Part shown: piece after piece, positions 28,663 to 42,689 of the stretch | Layout of the letters: every line of letters starts with the position of its first letter | Numbering within the stretch: position 1 is the first letter of the stretch | DNA from: Octopus vulgaris | Taxonomy: Eukaryota | DNA: 64,000 nt | Assembly (NCBI GenBank): GCA_951406725.2 | Contig: OX597814.1 | Span: forward strand, 2,108,001-2,172,000 | Reading direction: 5' to 3' | Made by a program: the position numbers and the translations under genes | The notes under the pieces: model-generated | What the model was told of the DNA's origin: nothing | Databases searched by the model: none | Seen by the model: only the letters and a program-made list of their open reading frames with translations

Positions 28663-28804
28663 AAAGATCCGAAAACAATGCTGCTAATCCCATCGCCTTC
28701 CGTGCTAAAGACTGCGAGTTCGCCTCCTTCTCTTTACATAACTAATTTTAAACGTCAATTCAGTTTTTTCCATGTTTTACCAAGTTTCGTTTATTCCTTT
28801 GCTT

Positions 28805-30187
28805 GTTTTAGTGATTAGACTGTGGCCATGCTGGAGTACTACCTTGACGAGTCTTATTCGAAGAATCTATCCCAGTATTTATGATTTCTAAAAGCCTGGT
28901 TCTCATTCTATCGGTTCCTTTTGCCGAACAGCTAGGTTATGAGGACGTAAACTGACTAAAACCAATTGCCAAGCGGTGGACAAACACACACACACACACA
29001 CACAGACACACACACACAGAAACACACAACACACAAACACAGACATATATATATATATGACGGGCTTCTTTCAGTTTCCGTCTACCCAATCCACTCAGAA
29101 GGCTTTGGTCGGCCCGAGGCTATTACAGAAGACACTTGCCCAAGGTGTAACAGTGTGGTACTGAACCCGGAAGCATGATGCATTATTTTATCGAATTAGC
29201 CATAAAGGTATTCCAGAGTAATGTAGCTTGCGGGCTGGACAAGGACATTAATGAGGTGAATGATGATGATAGAAGGATGATGAGAATGGGAGAAGACGAA
29301 AAGCGTCCGCCGACTTTTGCTTCTCTAAAACATTGTTCTTTTTTAAAAATACTAAATGAGGCATTAAACCTCTTACAGTTTTACAACTAAAATCTCCATT
29401 ACAATCAAAAACAATTGCATCAATGCGTCTTTAATAAATTTTCTTGCTTCCTGCAGGCATTCCAGTAGTCGCAAGTTGGGGTCCTTTACACATGATCTAT
29501 ACTCTTCCTTTGAGAAGGAGTCCATTATGTAATAAAGGTTCCTTTCTTCCAGTACTCGAGCAGCCACCAGCGGAGGCCACTCTGGAAGACAAGACGAGTC
29601 CATTAGGTAAGGACTATCACAGGAACTTTCTATATAGTTCTCTACGGCCCCTCCCCTGAGATAGAAGATCACATGTTCTTCAACATTTCCACTGGGAGGG
29701 GCCTTCTTCTTCCCCCACCTCCGGTGGCTCACGTTTCACGGAAGGGGTTTCGGAACATGCCGCCGGTGATGCTACTTACCACACAGCCACTCCTGCGCCT
29801 ATACACACACACACATATACGAAGGGGCTTCTTTCAGTTTCCGTTTACCAATTCCATTCACAAGGATTCGGTCAGTTCGAGGCTACAGAAGACATCTGCC
29901 CAGTGTATCACGCAGTGGGACTGAACCCGGAACCATGGGGTTGGGAAGCAAGCTTCTTACCACATCGCTACTCCTACTCTATACAGACACAGACACACAC
30001 ACACGTATGCACATACTCATATAAAAGGGATTCTTTTAGTTTCCGTCTACCAATTCCACTCACAAGGCTTTGGTTGGCCTGAGGCAATAGTAGAAGACAC
30101 TTGTCCAAGTGTTGCCATGCAGTAGGACTGAACGCAGAGCCATATGTTTCGGAAGCAAACTCCTTACCACACAGCACGCCTGCGCTT
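28805..30187 (-). mobile_element. Cluster of family A SINE pieces (28805-29172, about 29735-29975, about 30020-30187)
   Basis: Repeated cgggcttctttcagtttccgtctacc...gaagacacttgcccaagg...ctgaacccggaac motifs. Confidence 0.7.
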
Positions 30188-30410
30188 AACTCTTTCTAAT
30201 TTTGATACAAAACCATAAATTTCTAGGAGCAGTGTAAGACGATGAAATCGACCCCAGTGCTGCACCGATACTTTATTTTATCGACTCGGAGAGGAGGAAA
30301 GACAAAGTCGATCTTGTTGGAATTTGATCTTAGAAGGTAAAGTGTCGCAAGAAGTACCGCAAAGCAATCTTTGCGATGCTTTAGTAATTCCACCATCACA
30401 GAGTCTTTCA

Positions 30411-30706
30411 TGGAAATAGAGGTAACTAGAATGTGGAACCTGAAAACAGAAACAATTCCTATCATAGTAGGTGCATTAGGCATGATAAAAAAATATTCAG
30501 ACAAATACATAACAAAAACACCAGGACTTACAAACACATATAACATACAGAAAATTGCACTACTAGGCACTGCACACATCCTACGCAGAACACTTTCCAT
30601 ACAATAACCATCAGAGTTGTTATCACAACAAATCACAGCACATACCCAAGGCACACAGAGCTGCGCTCGGTAGTGAAGTGAAAGCACGCTATAAAAAATA
30701 AAACTA

Positions 30707-30771
<65 letters not shown>

Positions 30772-30950
30772 CAACATCGAAAAATACCTTAGGAATGAGG
30801 ACCCAGGTTCGAAATTTCCCAAGACACCTGATGAATGCTGGAGGGTATATCAGCCGAAACGTTGTGTTAACAACAAACAAGATGAGGACAAATATCCATC
30901 AAATGTAAATAATGTATATAATTCCTCATCTCTCAAATATAGATCTACAG
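30411..30950 (+). mobile_element. Chimera of Dong 3' end, (AAT)n and HHR-SINE 3' module
   Basis: EIEVTRMWNLKTETIPIIVGALG...RRTLSIQ* matches the 48123-48750 element. (AAT)n at 30711-30768 is followed by the HHR module. Confidence 0.85.
30823..30868 (+). ncRNA. Minimal type I hammerhead ribozyme
   Basis: gacac CTGATGA a tgctg-gagggtatat-cagcc GAAA CG TT gtgtt. Helix I is gacac/gtgtt, helix III is the palindrome ACGT, and the first helix II pair is mutated. Confidence 0.7.
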
Positions 30951-31349
30951 TGAAAAGAAACTTCCAAAATTTAGGTATTTTAAAATGACTGCCAATAATT
31001 AAATTGACACACGTATTTTAAACCGACAGACTCAAAGTAGTGTGTATTCTTTATCCCATGTCACCCAGAATATACATGAAAAGATATTACTTTTAATTTC
31101 ACGAAATATATGTTCAGTTTTGTTTGATATTAACAGCTGGATTTCTAGACTGTAAGGATATCCTCATCAACAGGCATTATCCATAATCCTTGGTAGATTA
31201 TGGGGGTATAACAAAGCAAGGCAATTGATGCCCGGATATTGAAAGGAGTAAAACAAAATAACATACCTGGATTGAATATGCTTACCATGTGTTCCAAATT
31301 CATCATCACGAAGATTCCTTAACTGATGCAGCCAGTCGCTGAGATGCTA

Positions 31350-31725
31350 CTCCAGACGCTTTCATACTCAGCCGTCGCCACATGTCTCTGTTCTGTCATG
31401 CGCTGCAGGTTCGCTGTGTTGTCACCTGTCCAATCCTTGATTTTGTCAAACCCAGACTTTTTGTCTGCCTGCCTCTCTTTCATCCGCCCTCAACTGTTCC
31501 CAGAAGAATGGTTTTGGACAGGGAATTGTGGCGGGATAGAAGACCATACCAGGCAGCCAAGGTGTGGTTCGTTGGTTCGTGTCTGCCAGCGTATTTGTTG
31601 ATTTGCTGCCTAACCAAAGGTGTTCGTTCTGTGTTCTATGTACGGACTGTGTAGCAGCCTTCTGAAACACTTATTCTCAAATACCTGGAAATTTTGCTCC
31701 ATGTCAGTTGTAAGAGTCCAACTCT
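31350..31725 (-). mobile_element. RTE-clade LINE 3' fragment
   Basis: LAAWYGLLSRHNSLSKTILLGTVEGG*KRGRQ...NRDMWRRL, an RTE C-terminal pattern. Confidence 0.7.
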
Positions 31726-32174
31726 TAAATTACAATCCAAGAAAAACGAATTTTACAATATTATTCTTCAAGAAATGCTACACACACCACCAGGATGATT
31801 CGGAATCTACAAACATACAATGCTAACAACTTAAAAACAGTATTCTTTAAAAATAATGTCGGCAGATTCTAAATTATAAGCATCAGAACAAATAGTCAAA
31901 ACGGTTTGACTGCCCAAGTGGGGAATATATTTAAAATTGTCCGAAAGTTTTCAATTCCATTGGAAGCAAGGACAATATTTCAGCATGCCAATAAGTATAA
32001 AGCATAGGTATGTTTCTTGAAGAAGTGAAGGTGATACTAATGTCCTTTCAACTGTAGGCATGAGGTCTTTTGTTGAAGGTACGACCTCCCTATGCGACAC
32101 GATGTTGTCGAAAACACAATATACAATGTCATTCGGAAACAACCGTCCTGGGATAACTATAGAGAATTCCCCGG

Positions 32175-32460
32175 GTATTTGAGCATAAGTGTTTCAGAAG
32201 GCTGCTACAGCTTGGTCAGGCAGCAAATGTACAAATACGCAGGCACCTTGCACAGGTAAAAAGATGAAAGCTTGCCTGGCATGGTTTTGTATCCCGCAAC
32301 AACTTATCCAAAAGCATTCTTCTGGGCACAGTTGAAGGCGGATGAAAGAGAAGCAGGCAAAAAAAAAATCTGGGTTTGATAACCTCAAGGACTGGACAGG
32401 TCACAACACTGCGAGCCAGCAGCGCATGACAGGGGACAGACAGAAGTGACAACGGCTGAC
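32175..32460 (+). mobile_element. RTE-clade LINE 3' fragment, same family as 31350-31725 but opposite orientation
   Basis: KLAWHGFVSRNNLSKSILLGTVEGG*KRSRQ. The DNA is homologous to the reverse complement of 31370-31680. Confidence 0.7.
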
Positions 32461-32469
32461 ATAGACATC

Positions 32470-33320
32470 AACACATGAAATATTGGTGGAACATTCCCGT
32501 CGAAACCTCTACCAAGTGCCAACATAGCTATTTAGGATTGACGCGAAAAAGTATGTGCTGTCATAAAGGGCAGCTGTACAACCGATGTGAACCATTTCTT
32601 TGAAAATCAAAGAGAGAATACGGATAATTACGGACAGCTGCTTCGAAAACTTTCGTTTCTATACCCAGATTTTAAATTCATATTTATACCAATAATAATT
32701 GATGCACATAGTTTTTGGACGAAATGCTTAGCGGTATTTCGTCTGCCGCTACGTTCTGAGTTCAAATTCCGCCGAGGTCGACTTTGCCTTTCATCCTTTC
32801 GGGGTCGATTAAATAAATACCAGTTACTGGGGTCGATATAATCGACTTAATCCGTTTGTCTTCCCTTGTTTGTCCCCTCTGTGTTTAGCCCCTTGTGGGT
32901 AGTAAAGAAATAGGTATTTCGTCTGCCGCTACGCTCTGAATTCAAATTCCGCCGAGGTCGACTTTGCCTTTCATCCTTTCGAGATCGATTAAATAAGTAC
33001 CAGTTACGCACTGGGGTCGATATAATCGACTTAATCCGTTTGTCTGTCCTTGTTTGTCCTCTCTTTGTTTAGCCCCTTGTGGGTAGTAAAGAAATAGGTT
33101 TTGTGAGTAAAACACCTAACAGAAGCTAGAGTTTTCAGAAAAAGAAATCAACCCGCAAACACACGCATTAAAAATACAATTACTAAAAGGAACATTAAAT
33201 ATATGCAATACTTTCTCAAGTTCACAATTAGAATTTGTTTTTATTATCTGCATTCCAGAGATGGAGCTTTGTATATTTGTTAGAAACCAGTTCCTTCCTT
33301 ACAACAAGATTTCAAATAAT
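32470..33320 (+). mobile_element. Decayed R4/Dong-group 3' fragment (family of 14700-15890) interrupted by a tandem dimer of SINE B (32718-33098)
   Basis: NYGQLLRKLSFLYPDFKFIFIPIII resembles TYAELLRNLQLLYPDYKFRFIPVII. The SINE body ggtatttcgtctgccgctacg... is repeated at about 32732 and 32913. Confidence 0.7.
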
Positions 33321-33324
33321 TAAA

Positions 33325-34318
33325 AACTAGCGGGACCCATGAATATTTCACAGAATTAATGGTAAACTTATTGGGTTATTCTTGGAAACCTTATCCCAAA
33401 ACCCTGAAAACGTAGCCTGTGTTGATTCTGTATGAAAAGACAGTCGTTCATCTGCTATTCATTGAAAAGTGAAGGATATTAGAATACGATGATTACTTAA
33501 TGCACTTTATATATTCATTTTATATACTCTATGCACAATTTTATAGACTTAATACACAGCACTCATAAAATAAATATTCACGCTTATTTTTCCATTTTCC
33601 CCATAAAAAATGTATGATGCAGCCTATCTGTCACGTAAATAAACGTGAAAATTTCACGGAATTGCACTTATGCGTGATAGGTGATATGAAAAAGATTTAG
33701 TTCAATTAAAAACAAATATACTTTTCACTATCCAATTACCACCGCTATCTCCACCACTCTCATCAACTTCCTCCCCCTCCCTCCCTTCCTTCCGTCTCTC
33801 CATCCCTCTCTCTTTCTCTCTCTCTCTCTTCTCTCTCTCTCACTCCTCTCTCTGTGCCTTTCTTAAACTCACCATCAGGACAACACCCCTCTGCTAAAAT
33901 TATATTTTAAACTCTCCACTATATCATCACTAACTTCGACAAATATATTTTAAACCACGTAATAAATATTACCTTCCCCCTACCTCACGTCATGGACGCT
34001 TCTCTCTCCCTCTTTTCCTTTCTCCGTTTTATCTCTCTCCTTTTTCTTTCACCCTCTTTTCTTATTTGTTTCACTCTTTGCCCTATCCTCTTTTTCTCTC
34101 TCTTTTTTTCTTTTTCCTCTCTTTCCCTTTAACTAATCACGTGAAGGCGTTACAATTACATTCCATCAACCGCACGTGATGGACACTTCTCTCTCCCTCT
34201 TTTTCGCTCTCCCTCTTTTTTCTCTCTCCCTTTTTCCTCCCCCCTTTTTCCCTAATCACGTGAAAGCTTTACTGACGGACTAAGTAATGCAATAACAAGC
34301 AGAATTATTATAAGATAG
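33325..34318 (+). mobile_element. Probable non-autonomous Helentron/DINE-1-like element
   Basis: Starts aaactagcgggaccc, contains the hairpin cctatc..cacgt...gcgtgatagg and CT-rich internal repeats, and ends ...ctgacggac...tataagatag. Confidence 0.45.
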
Positions 34319-35007
34319 GAAAGAAAATACATACGTACGTACGTGCGTGCGTGCATGCATGCGTGCGTGCATACATACATACATGACTTTCTCACCTGAA
34401 AGGCGTGCACATTCGTTAGTGGACAGGTTGTTTTGCCAAGGTTAAAATTATTTGTAGAAAACTATTGCGAAATGTCATAAAATAAATAGAATTCCCAGCA
34501 GGGCGTCTTCTTCTCCCCTACACTGTTACATCGGAGGGAATCTAAGATACGGGGCCCTACAGAAAAGCAAGTTTCTTTGTTCCCCGCTGGCTGGCATCGG
34601 CATTCCTTCGAGCTAGCTTTGTCGGTTTTTCATCGAAATATAGATGCAGATAAGATAGAGCTTATCTTTTCAGAGTACCGACCGTCGAATATAAAACATA
34701 ACAAGCAAAAAACGAGTAGACGAAACTTATCACAAAATATTTAAACAAATAAATATACAAACACACACATACACACGTATGTATATATGTGTATGTTTGC
34801 ACACACACACACACACACATACACAGATACATATAGCTGTGTGTGTGTTTGTGTGTGAGTATATTGGAATATGTGTCTAGTGTGTGGGTATAAAATCGTA
34901 AACAGCTTCATAAGTGACAGCTAGGAAGTGTGATGAAGAGGTAATGGAAACCTTGGGGCAATATTAGAAACGGTTTTCAATGTTCTATATGTGAATGAAA
35001 ATATGAA

Positions 35008-35056
<49 letters not shown>

Positions 35057-35147
35057 GTCTGTCTATCTGTCTGTCTATCTGTCTGTCTATCTGTCTGTCT
35101 ATCTGTCTGTCATTCGGTTTGTTGATTATATATATATATATATATAT

Positions 35148-35812
35148 GAATTGGGGAAAACCACTATTATGTAATTCAAACAATGATAGACGTAAATCAT
35201 ACCATATAGAAAAAATAAAATATGCGATAAAACATTTACCTAGATCACAATAAAGTACATAATAATAAACAGTATATAATTAATAAATAGACTACGTACG
35301 TTTCGTGGCTATATCTTCAATACGAATTAAATTAAATTTAAATTTAATCGATCCAAAAACAATTCAGTTTAAAAGTATATTCACTCCTCAGGTCAACAAT
35401 AATAACAATAATAGTTAAATAAATACTTATTTGCAATAAAATATCAAACAATAAAATTTCTTCTATAAGAAGAATCATGTTTTTATTTCTTTAAGAAATA
35501 TTGTTTAATGCTGTTTGATAATTTATTAAAAATATGTATTTATTTAACTATTATTGTTATTATTGTTGACCCGAGGAGTGACCATACTTTTAAATTGAAT
35601 TGTTTTGGGATCGATTAAATTTAATTTTAATTGTAATTCGAATTAAAGATATAACCACGAAAGGTACGTAGTCTATTTATTAATTATAAAATGTTTATTA
35701 TTATGTACTTTTTCGTGATCTAGGTAAATATTTTATCATATATTATATTTTTTCGATATGGTATGATTTACGTCTATCATTGTTTGAATTACATACTAGT
35801 GGTTTTCTAATT
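35148..35812 (-). repeat. (TA)n-flanked fold-back element, arms about 295 bp, carrying an HHR
   Basis: Arms about 35156-35450 and 35512-35807, with (TA)n on both sides. Confidence 0.9.
35288..35396 (-). ncRNA. Type I hammerhead ribozyme with long helix II
   Basis: Minus strand: ttgac CTGAGGA gtg...cac GAAAC GTAC GTA gtcta. Helix I gac/gtc, helix III palindrome ACGTACGT, GUA cleavage triplet. Confidence 0.72.
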
Positions 35813-35880
<68 letters not shown>

Positions 35881-35983
35881 AACACATAATTTATATATAT
35901 ATATATATATATAATGTACACACACATACACATACACGAACACACAGACATACGCACACGCACCCCCCCACACACACATATAT

Positions 35984-36033
<50 letters not shown>

Positions 36034-36276
36034 GCAAAGACCCCCTTCGGTTATGAATGGCCATGGGATTTCACCTAGAAAGTTGCCCACCGAGGCAGAA
36101 GTTCAAGCAAGATTGTAGGACGGAAGACAAGCAGTCGTCCATGTCTACCAACTTCCCCAGGGTACGTCAACGATTTTATCCAAGGCAGAGGTAAAATGTT
36201 GCCACAGCTTCGTGCCAGTGACGTCTCAACTTATTTCTTCAGATGAAGAGCACAACATGAACAGCACATTACCATG

Positions 36277-36572
36277 TAGATGTTATTTAATAGACACAAT
36301 ACATGTTCTTATGTGCTACTAATACTTTCTTATGCCGAGAACATGCCAAACAATGTATTCTAACACGTCTGATATCTCGGCATAGTCATCAGCCACAGCC
36401 AACATGGATTAAAGAAATCGGTATAGCATAAGTTCGTCATGCCATGCAGTCTGTGCCTGATGTCTATGCCAAGATGTCAAACGTTTTATAATACATTGTT
36501 TGGCATGTTTTCGGCACAAGAAAGTATTAGTAAGGCATAAAAACATGTACTGTATCTATTGAATAGCATTTA
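36277..36572 (-). repeat. Older fold-back element with decayed HHR (36312-36397, minus)
   Basis: Arms 36277-36398 and 36451-36572. Minus strand: tgtgg CTGATGA c tatgccgaga...tctcggcata a GAAA gtatta GTA gcaca. Confidence 0.7.
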
Positions 36573-36958
36573 TCGGTCACCAGATGGAGTACATTTCTTT
36601 TGTTCATCTTACTATATATATATATATATATATATTAGATAATAAGAGTAGAAATTGATTTTAATCAATAAAAATCAGTGGCTTAGCAAATCGATATTTA
36701 TTTCGTATATATCCATTTGTCTTGCTTAATTTTACATTTTCGTTTTTTTCTGAGATTTTTCATAAGAATATCTTATTCGTGGTAATGGCGATTTGACGTC
36801 TGTGTTTAGCATAAAGGATGTCCATTTTAGTGGTCATTCCTCTAAATAATGTATATATATATATATATTTCTAGAGAGAGACTTAATAGATAGACTGATA
36901 CATACATACAAACATACATACATACATACATACATACATACATACATACATACATACA

Positions 36959-36991
<33 letters not shown>

Positions 36992-37185
36992 GTATGTATG
37001 TGTGTGTGTGCGTGTGTGTGTGGTGTGTACAGACCTGACTAAGCGCATGTGATGGAGCATTTTTCATAGCGTTGTTCCGATGGTCGGATAACTGAAGAGA
37101 TGGCGGCGTGATTTTCCAACTCGGCATCCGAAACTCCGAGTTTTATCATGGCTACCGAATAATTGTCACATATCACATTTATCAC

Positions 37186-37888
<703 letters not shown>

Positions 37889-38299
37889 ATTTCACACGCG
37901 TTTCCAAACATTTTCAATGCATACCTTTTATCTCTAACACTTCCCCAACAAATCAATAAACGTCTACATTTATCCTTGAAAAGCGACATGGTTAATTCCA
38001 CCATGTAGAACTCACTAAGATTAAGGACAGGGAAACTCACAGGTCTGCACCTGCGAGTTCTACGTATGACGGCTGACACACATGATTAGGCTTAAGGTGA
38101 TAGGAAACTACGGCTAGTAATCGTCTGCTAAATATTTCCATCGAAACTCAATTTCCATCGAATGGGAAACTCAATCACAAGAATTTTTTCAATACAGACC
38201 ATGAAGGTAGTGTATCGTTTCTGCTACATCTAACATTAACGCATACATATACTCATACACATATTCACACACATACGTACGCGCACACGCTTACTCACT

Positions 38300-38330
<31 letters not shown>

Positions 38331-38713
38331 GTATATTCAGTAATAGATAAATATATGTATCACACCTATTCCCAGTCTATCCTTCATTCTGTCTCCCCGC
38401 GCGGTCATCTATTTTGTGGAGCATAAGGACCATATGTACATCACTAATCGCATTACTAGCTAGATACGTGTGCATACGAGTGCGCATGTATGTGTGTGCA
38501 TATATAATATATAATATATGCATATGTATGTATATATAGGGAGAATTCACAAAAAAAAAAGAAAGCAAAAGACGAAGACAGGTGGTATAGACAACAGACA
38601 GATGTATAAGTTTCACGCTCGGGAATTGAAAAAGACTTTAACGTTTCGAGCCTACGCTCTTCCACAGAAAGGAACACAGAAAGAAACAAGGAAAGAAAAT
38701 AGAAAATAGAATA

Positions 38714-38756
<43 letters not shown>

Positions 38757-39374
38757 GCATACATACACATACAAATTAAGAGATAGACACATATGCATAT
38801 ACAAATATACATATATACATATGTATATATGTGTGTGTGTATTTATACATATATACATACATACAAATACATATATATATATACACACACGTAAAAACAT
38901 ACATACATTCCTACAGACACATGCACAGAGAAGTACATGCATCTCTATATTTGGTGTACATATCAATATATATACATTAATATATATAGTAGATAGATTG
39001 ATAAATATATGTGTGCTTCTGTGTATGTGAGCATATATATATATATATATATATATATTCACAAGAACAAACACACACACACATATATGTATATATATGT
39101 GTATATATATATATAAATAAATATGTATACATGTATATATATATACATATGTATATGTATATATATGTGTGTGTGTGCGCGTTTTGTTTGCGTGTGTTGT
39201 GTGTGTGTTTGTGTGTATGTGTGTAGGTATGTTTGTTTTTATGTGTGAGTCCAGTGTATGTCTGCTGTTACTCAAGTACTTGTATTTGTGGAGTGTACCA
39301 GTGTGTCTCCTCACGCGCGCTTCCGTGTGCGAATGAGTGAATGCCTGTGTGTGTATGTGTATATGTGTGCTTTT

Positions 39375-39405
<31 letters not shown>

Positions 39406-39694
39406 CATGTGGCGTTCTTGAGATGAATAATAGAGAATTAGTAGAGATAGAGCCTATGATAAAGGAACGAAGAGAAAAATAAGGGATGGCAAGAACAAAA
39501 ACAAAAAAAAACAAATTTTTTTAAGGATATTGATACGAGTATGAAGTTTATGGTGAGAGGAGTAGGAGTAGGAAGTCAAATGAATAGGAGGAGGAAGAGA
39601 AGGTGGGGGGGGGGGGGCGAAGAGGAAAAAATGGTAAAAAATGAAACTAGATATGAAATGGAATCGGAACAAAAAAGAAAAACAGTGCAACAAA

Positions 39695-39831
39695 ATGATG
39701 ATAATGATGATGATGATGATGATGATAATGATGAAGATGATGATGACGATGATGATGATGATGATGATGATAATGATGAAGATGATAATGATGAAGATGA
39801 TGATGACGATGATGATGATGATAATGATGAA

Positions 39832-39893
<62 letters not shown>

Positions 39894-40047
39894 CGGCGAC
39901 GAGGACGATGATAACGATGATAATAATGATGACAACGACGACGATAATGATGATGATGACGGTGATGATGGTGGTGATGATGATGGTGGTGATGATGATG
40001 ACAATGATAACGTCAACGATGACGATGATCTTAATGATGACGACGAC

Positions 40048-40098
<51 letters not shown>

Positions 40099-40557
40099 GA
40101 AGAAGAAGAAGAAGAAGAAGAAGAAGAAGAAGAAGAAGAAGAAGAAGAAGAAGAAGAAGAAGAAGAAGAAGAAGAAGAAGAAGAAGGGAAGGCTGAGGAA
40201 AAAGTACAAAAAACCAGGAATGTGATGAAGAATTAGAAGAAAAAACATTTCTGTTGAGGAAGAATTGAGAAGAAACAGAGAGGAAAATATTTAGAAAAAG
40301 GTGAAGACGAAAAAGATGAGTCTGAGGTGAAAAATTTTTCAAAGATGCCTTTTTGAGATACGATAGAAATTTCGCTTACTTTAGACGATGATATACATAC
40401 ATACATACATACATACACACATGATGATGAAGATGATGATGAAGATGATGATGATGATGATGATGATGACGATGATGATGAAGATGATGATGATGATGAT
40501 GATGATGATGAAGATGATGATGATGATGAAGATGATAATGATGAAGATGATGATGAC

Positions 40558-40590
<33 letters not shown>

Positions 40591-40647
40591 GATGATAATG
40601 ATGAAGATGATGATGATGATGATGATGATAATGATGAAGATGATGAA

Positions 40648-40694
<47 letters not shown>

Positions 40695-40852
40695 CGATGA
40701 TGACGAGGACGATGATAACGATGATAATAATGATGACAACGACGACGATAATGATGATGATGACGGTGATGATGGTGGTGATGATGATGGTGGTGATGAT
40801 GATGACAATGATAACGTCAACGATGACGATGATGATTAATGATGACGACGAC

Positions 40853-40903
<51 letters not shown>

Positions 40904-41230
40904 GAAGAAGAAGAAGAAGAAGAAGAAGAAGAAGAAGAAGAAGAAGAAGAAGAAGAAGAAGAAGAAGAAGAAGAAGAAGAAGAAGAAGAAGAAGGGGAAG
41001 GCTGAGGAAAAAGTACAAAAAACCAGGAATGTGATGAAGAATTAGAAGAAAAAACATTTCTGTTGAGGAAGAATTGAGAAGAAACAGAGAGGAAAATATT
41101 TAGAAAAAGGTGAAGACGAAAAAGATGAGTCTGAGGTGAAAAATTTTTCAAAGATGCCTTTTTGAGATACGATAGAAATTTCGCTTACTTTAGACGATGA
41201 TATACATACATACATACATACATACACACA
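39695..41230. repeat. Tandem duplication of a (GAT)n-(GAA)n-unique-(TACA)n block
   Basis: The unique segment of about 215 bp (gggaaggctgaggaaaaag...ttagacgatgatatac) is identical at about 40186-40400 and 40995-41210. Repeat interruptions are also duplicated. Confidence 0.9.
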
Positions 41231-41371
41231 TACATACATACACACATACATACATACATACATACATACATACATACATACATACATACATACATACATA
41301 CATTCATACATATTTGCATATATATATATGTACATGTATGTATATCATATATATATATATGTACATGTATG

Positions 41372-41418
<47 letters not shown>

Positions 41419-41457
41419 GTATATATATATAAATGTATGTATATCATATATATATAC

Positions 41458-41488
<31 letters not shown>

Positions 41489-41548
41489 CACATATATATG
41501 TATATGATATACATATAAATATGTATATATATATATGTGTATATATGA

Positions 41549-41579
<31 letters not shown>

Positions 41580-41699
41580 GATATACATACATATATATAT
41601 GTACGTGTATATGTGTATACCTACATATATCACACGCACATATATATATTTATACGTGTTTGTGTGTGTGTATACATATATATACTCACGTATGTGTGG

Positions 41700-41772
<73 letters not shown>

Positions 41773-41773
41773 C

Positions 41774-41820
<47 letters not shown>

Positions 41821-42160
41821 GCACCATAACCCGGGTAACTGCCGCGCCCACACGTCCTCCCCATCATTTGGGGAACCCATACACTTCCAAAAACTAAGAG
41901 AACGTTAAGAATCCTTGGAATTCTTCAAAGATAAAGATTCATATACTAGAGCTCATAATTTGCTCTGAAAGATTTGAAATTTTGTAAATTCTTCGCTGGA
42001 AAATGTCTTAAGAAATTCTGGAGTATTGTTGTCAACAGGCTGAGAGTGGTATGTGAAAGTTAGTCCCCTGTTTATATGTCATTATGTCAATATGTATTTA
42101 TCTCTCCCGCTCCCTGCTTATCTTTATCTATGGTATATATTCCTATATGAGCATATGTGC

Positions 42161-42266
<106 letters not shown>

Positions 42267-42281
42267 AATATATATATATAC

Positions 42282-42331
<50 letters not shown>

Positions 42332-42405
42332 CTTATTTGTATATGCAAACTTTAGTGCCTGTGTATATATATATGCCTCTCTATATATGTATGTATGTAT
42401 GTATG

Positions 42406-42439
<34 letters not shown>

Positions 42440-42651
42440 TATATGTATGTATGTATGTATGTATCACTTTAAACGAAGCTGCGTTTTCCAAAACGGAGGC
42501 GAACACCTTTCTTCGTGTGATCAGCTTGAAAAATTGTTAAGACACTAGGATATGTTCCTACTTTTCTTAACATGAAACCGATGGTATCCTTAATTCACAA
42601 ACAAAAAATTATATCTACCAATGCAGTTCTGAGAACTCCGTTGACATTTAT

Positions 42652-42689
<38 letters not shown>

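Noticed and set aside
29373-29732. 119-aa minus-strand ORF
   Set aside because: No recognisable domain and it lies among SINE debris.
39541-40236. 231-aa poly-Asp/poly-Glu ORF resembling an acidic biomineralisation protein
   Set aside because: It is entirely (GAT)n/(GAA)n microsatellite, has no signal peptide, and the duplicate copy does not preserve the frame.
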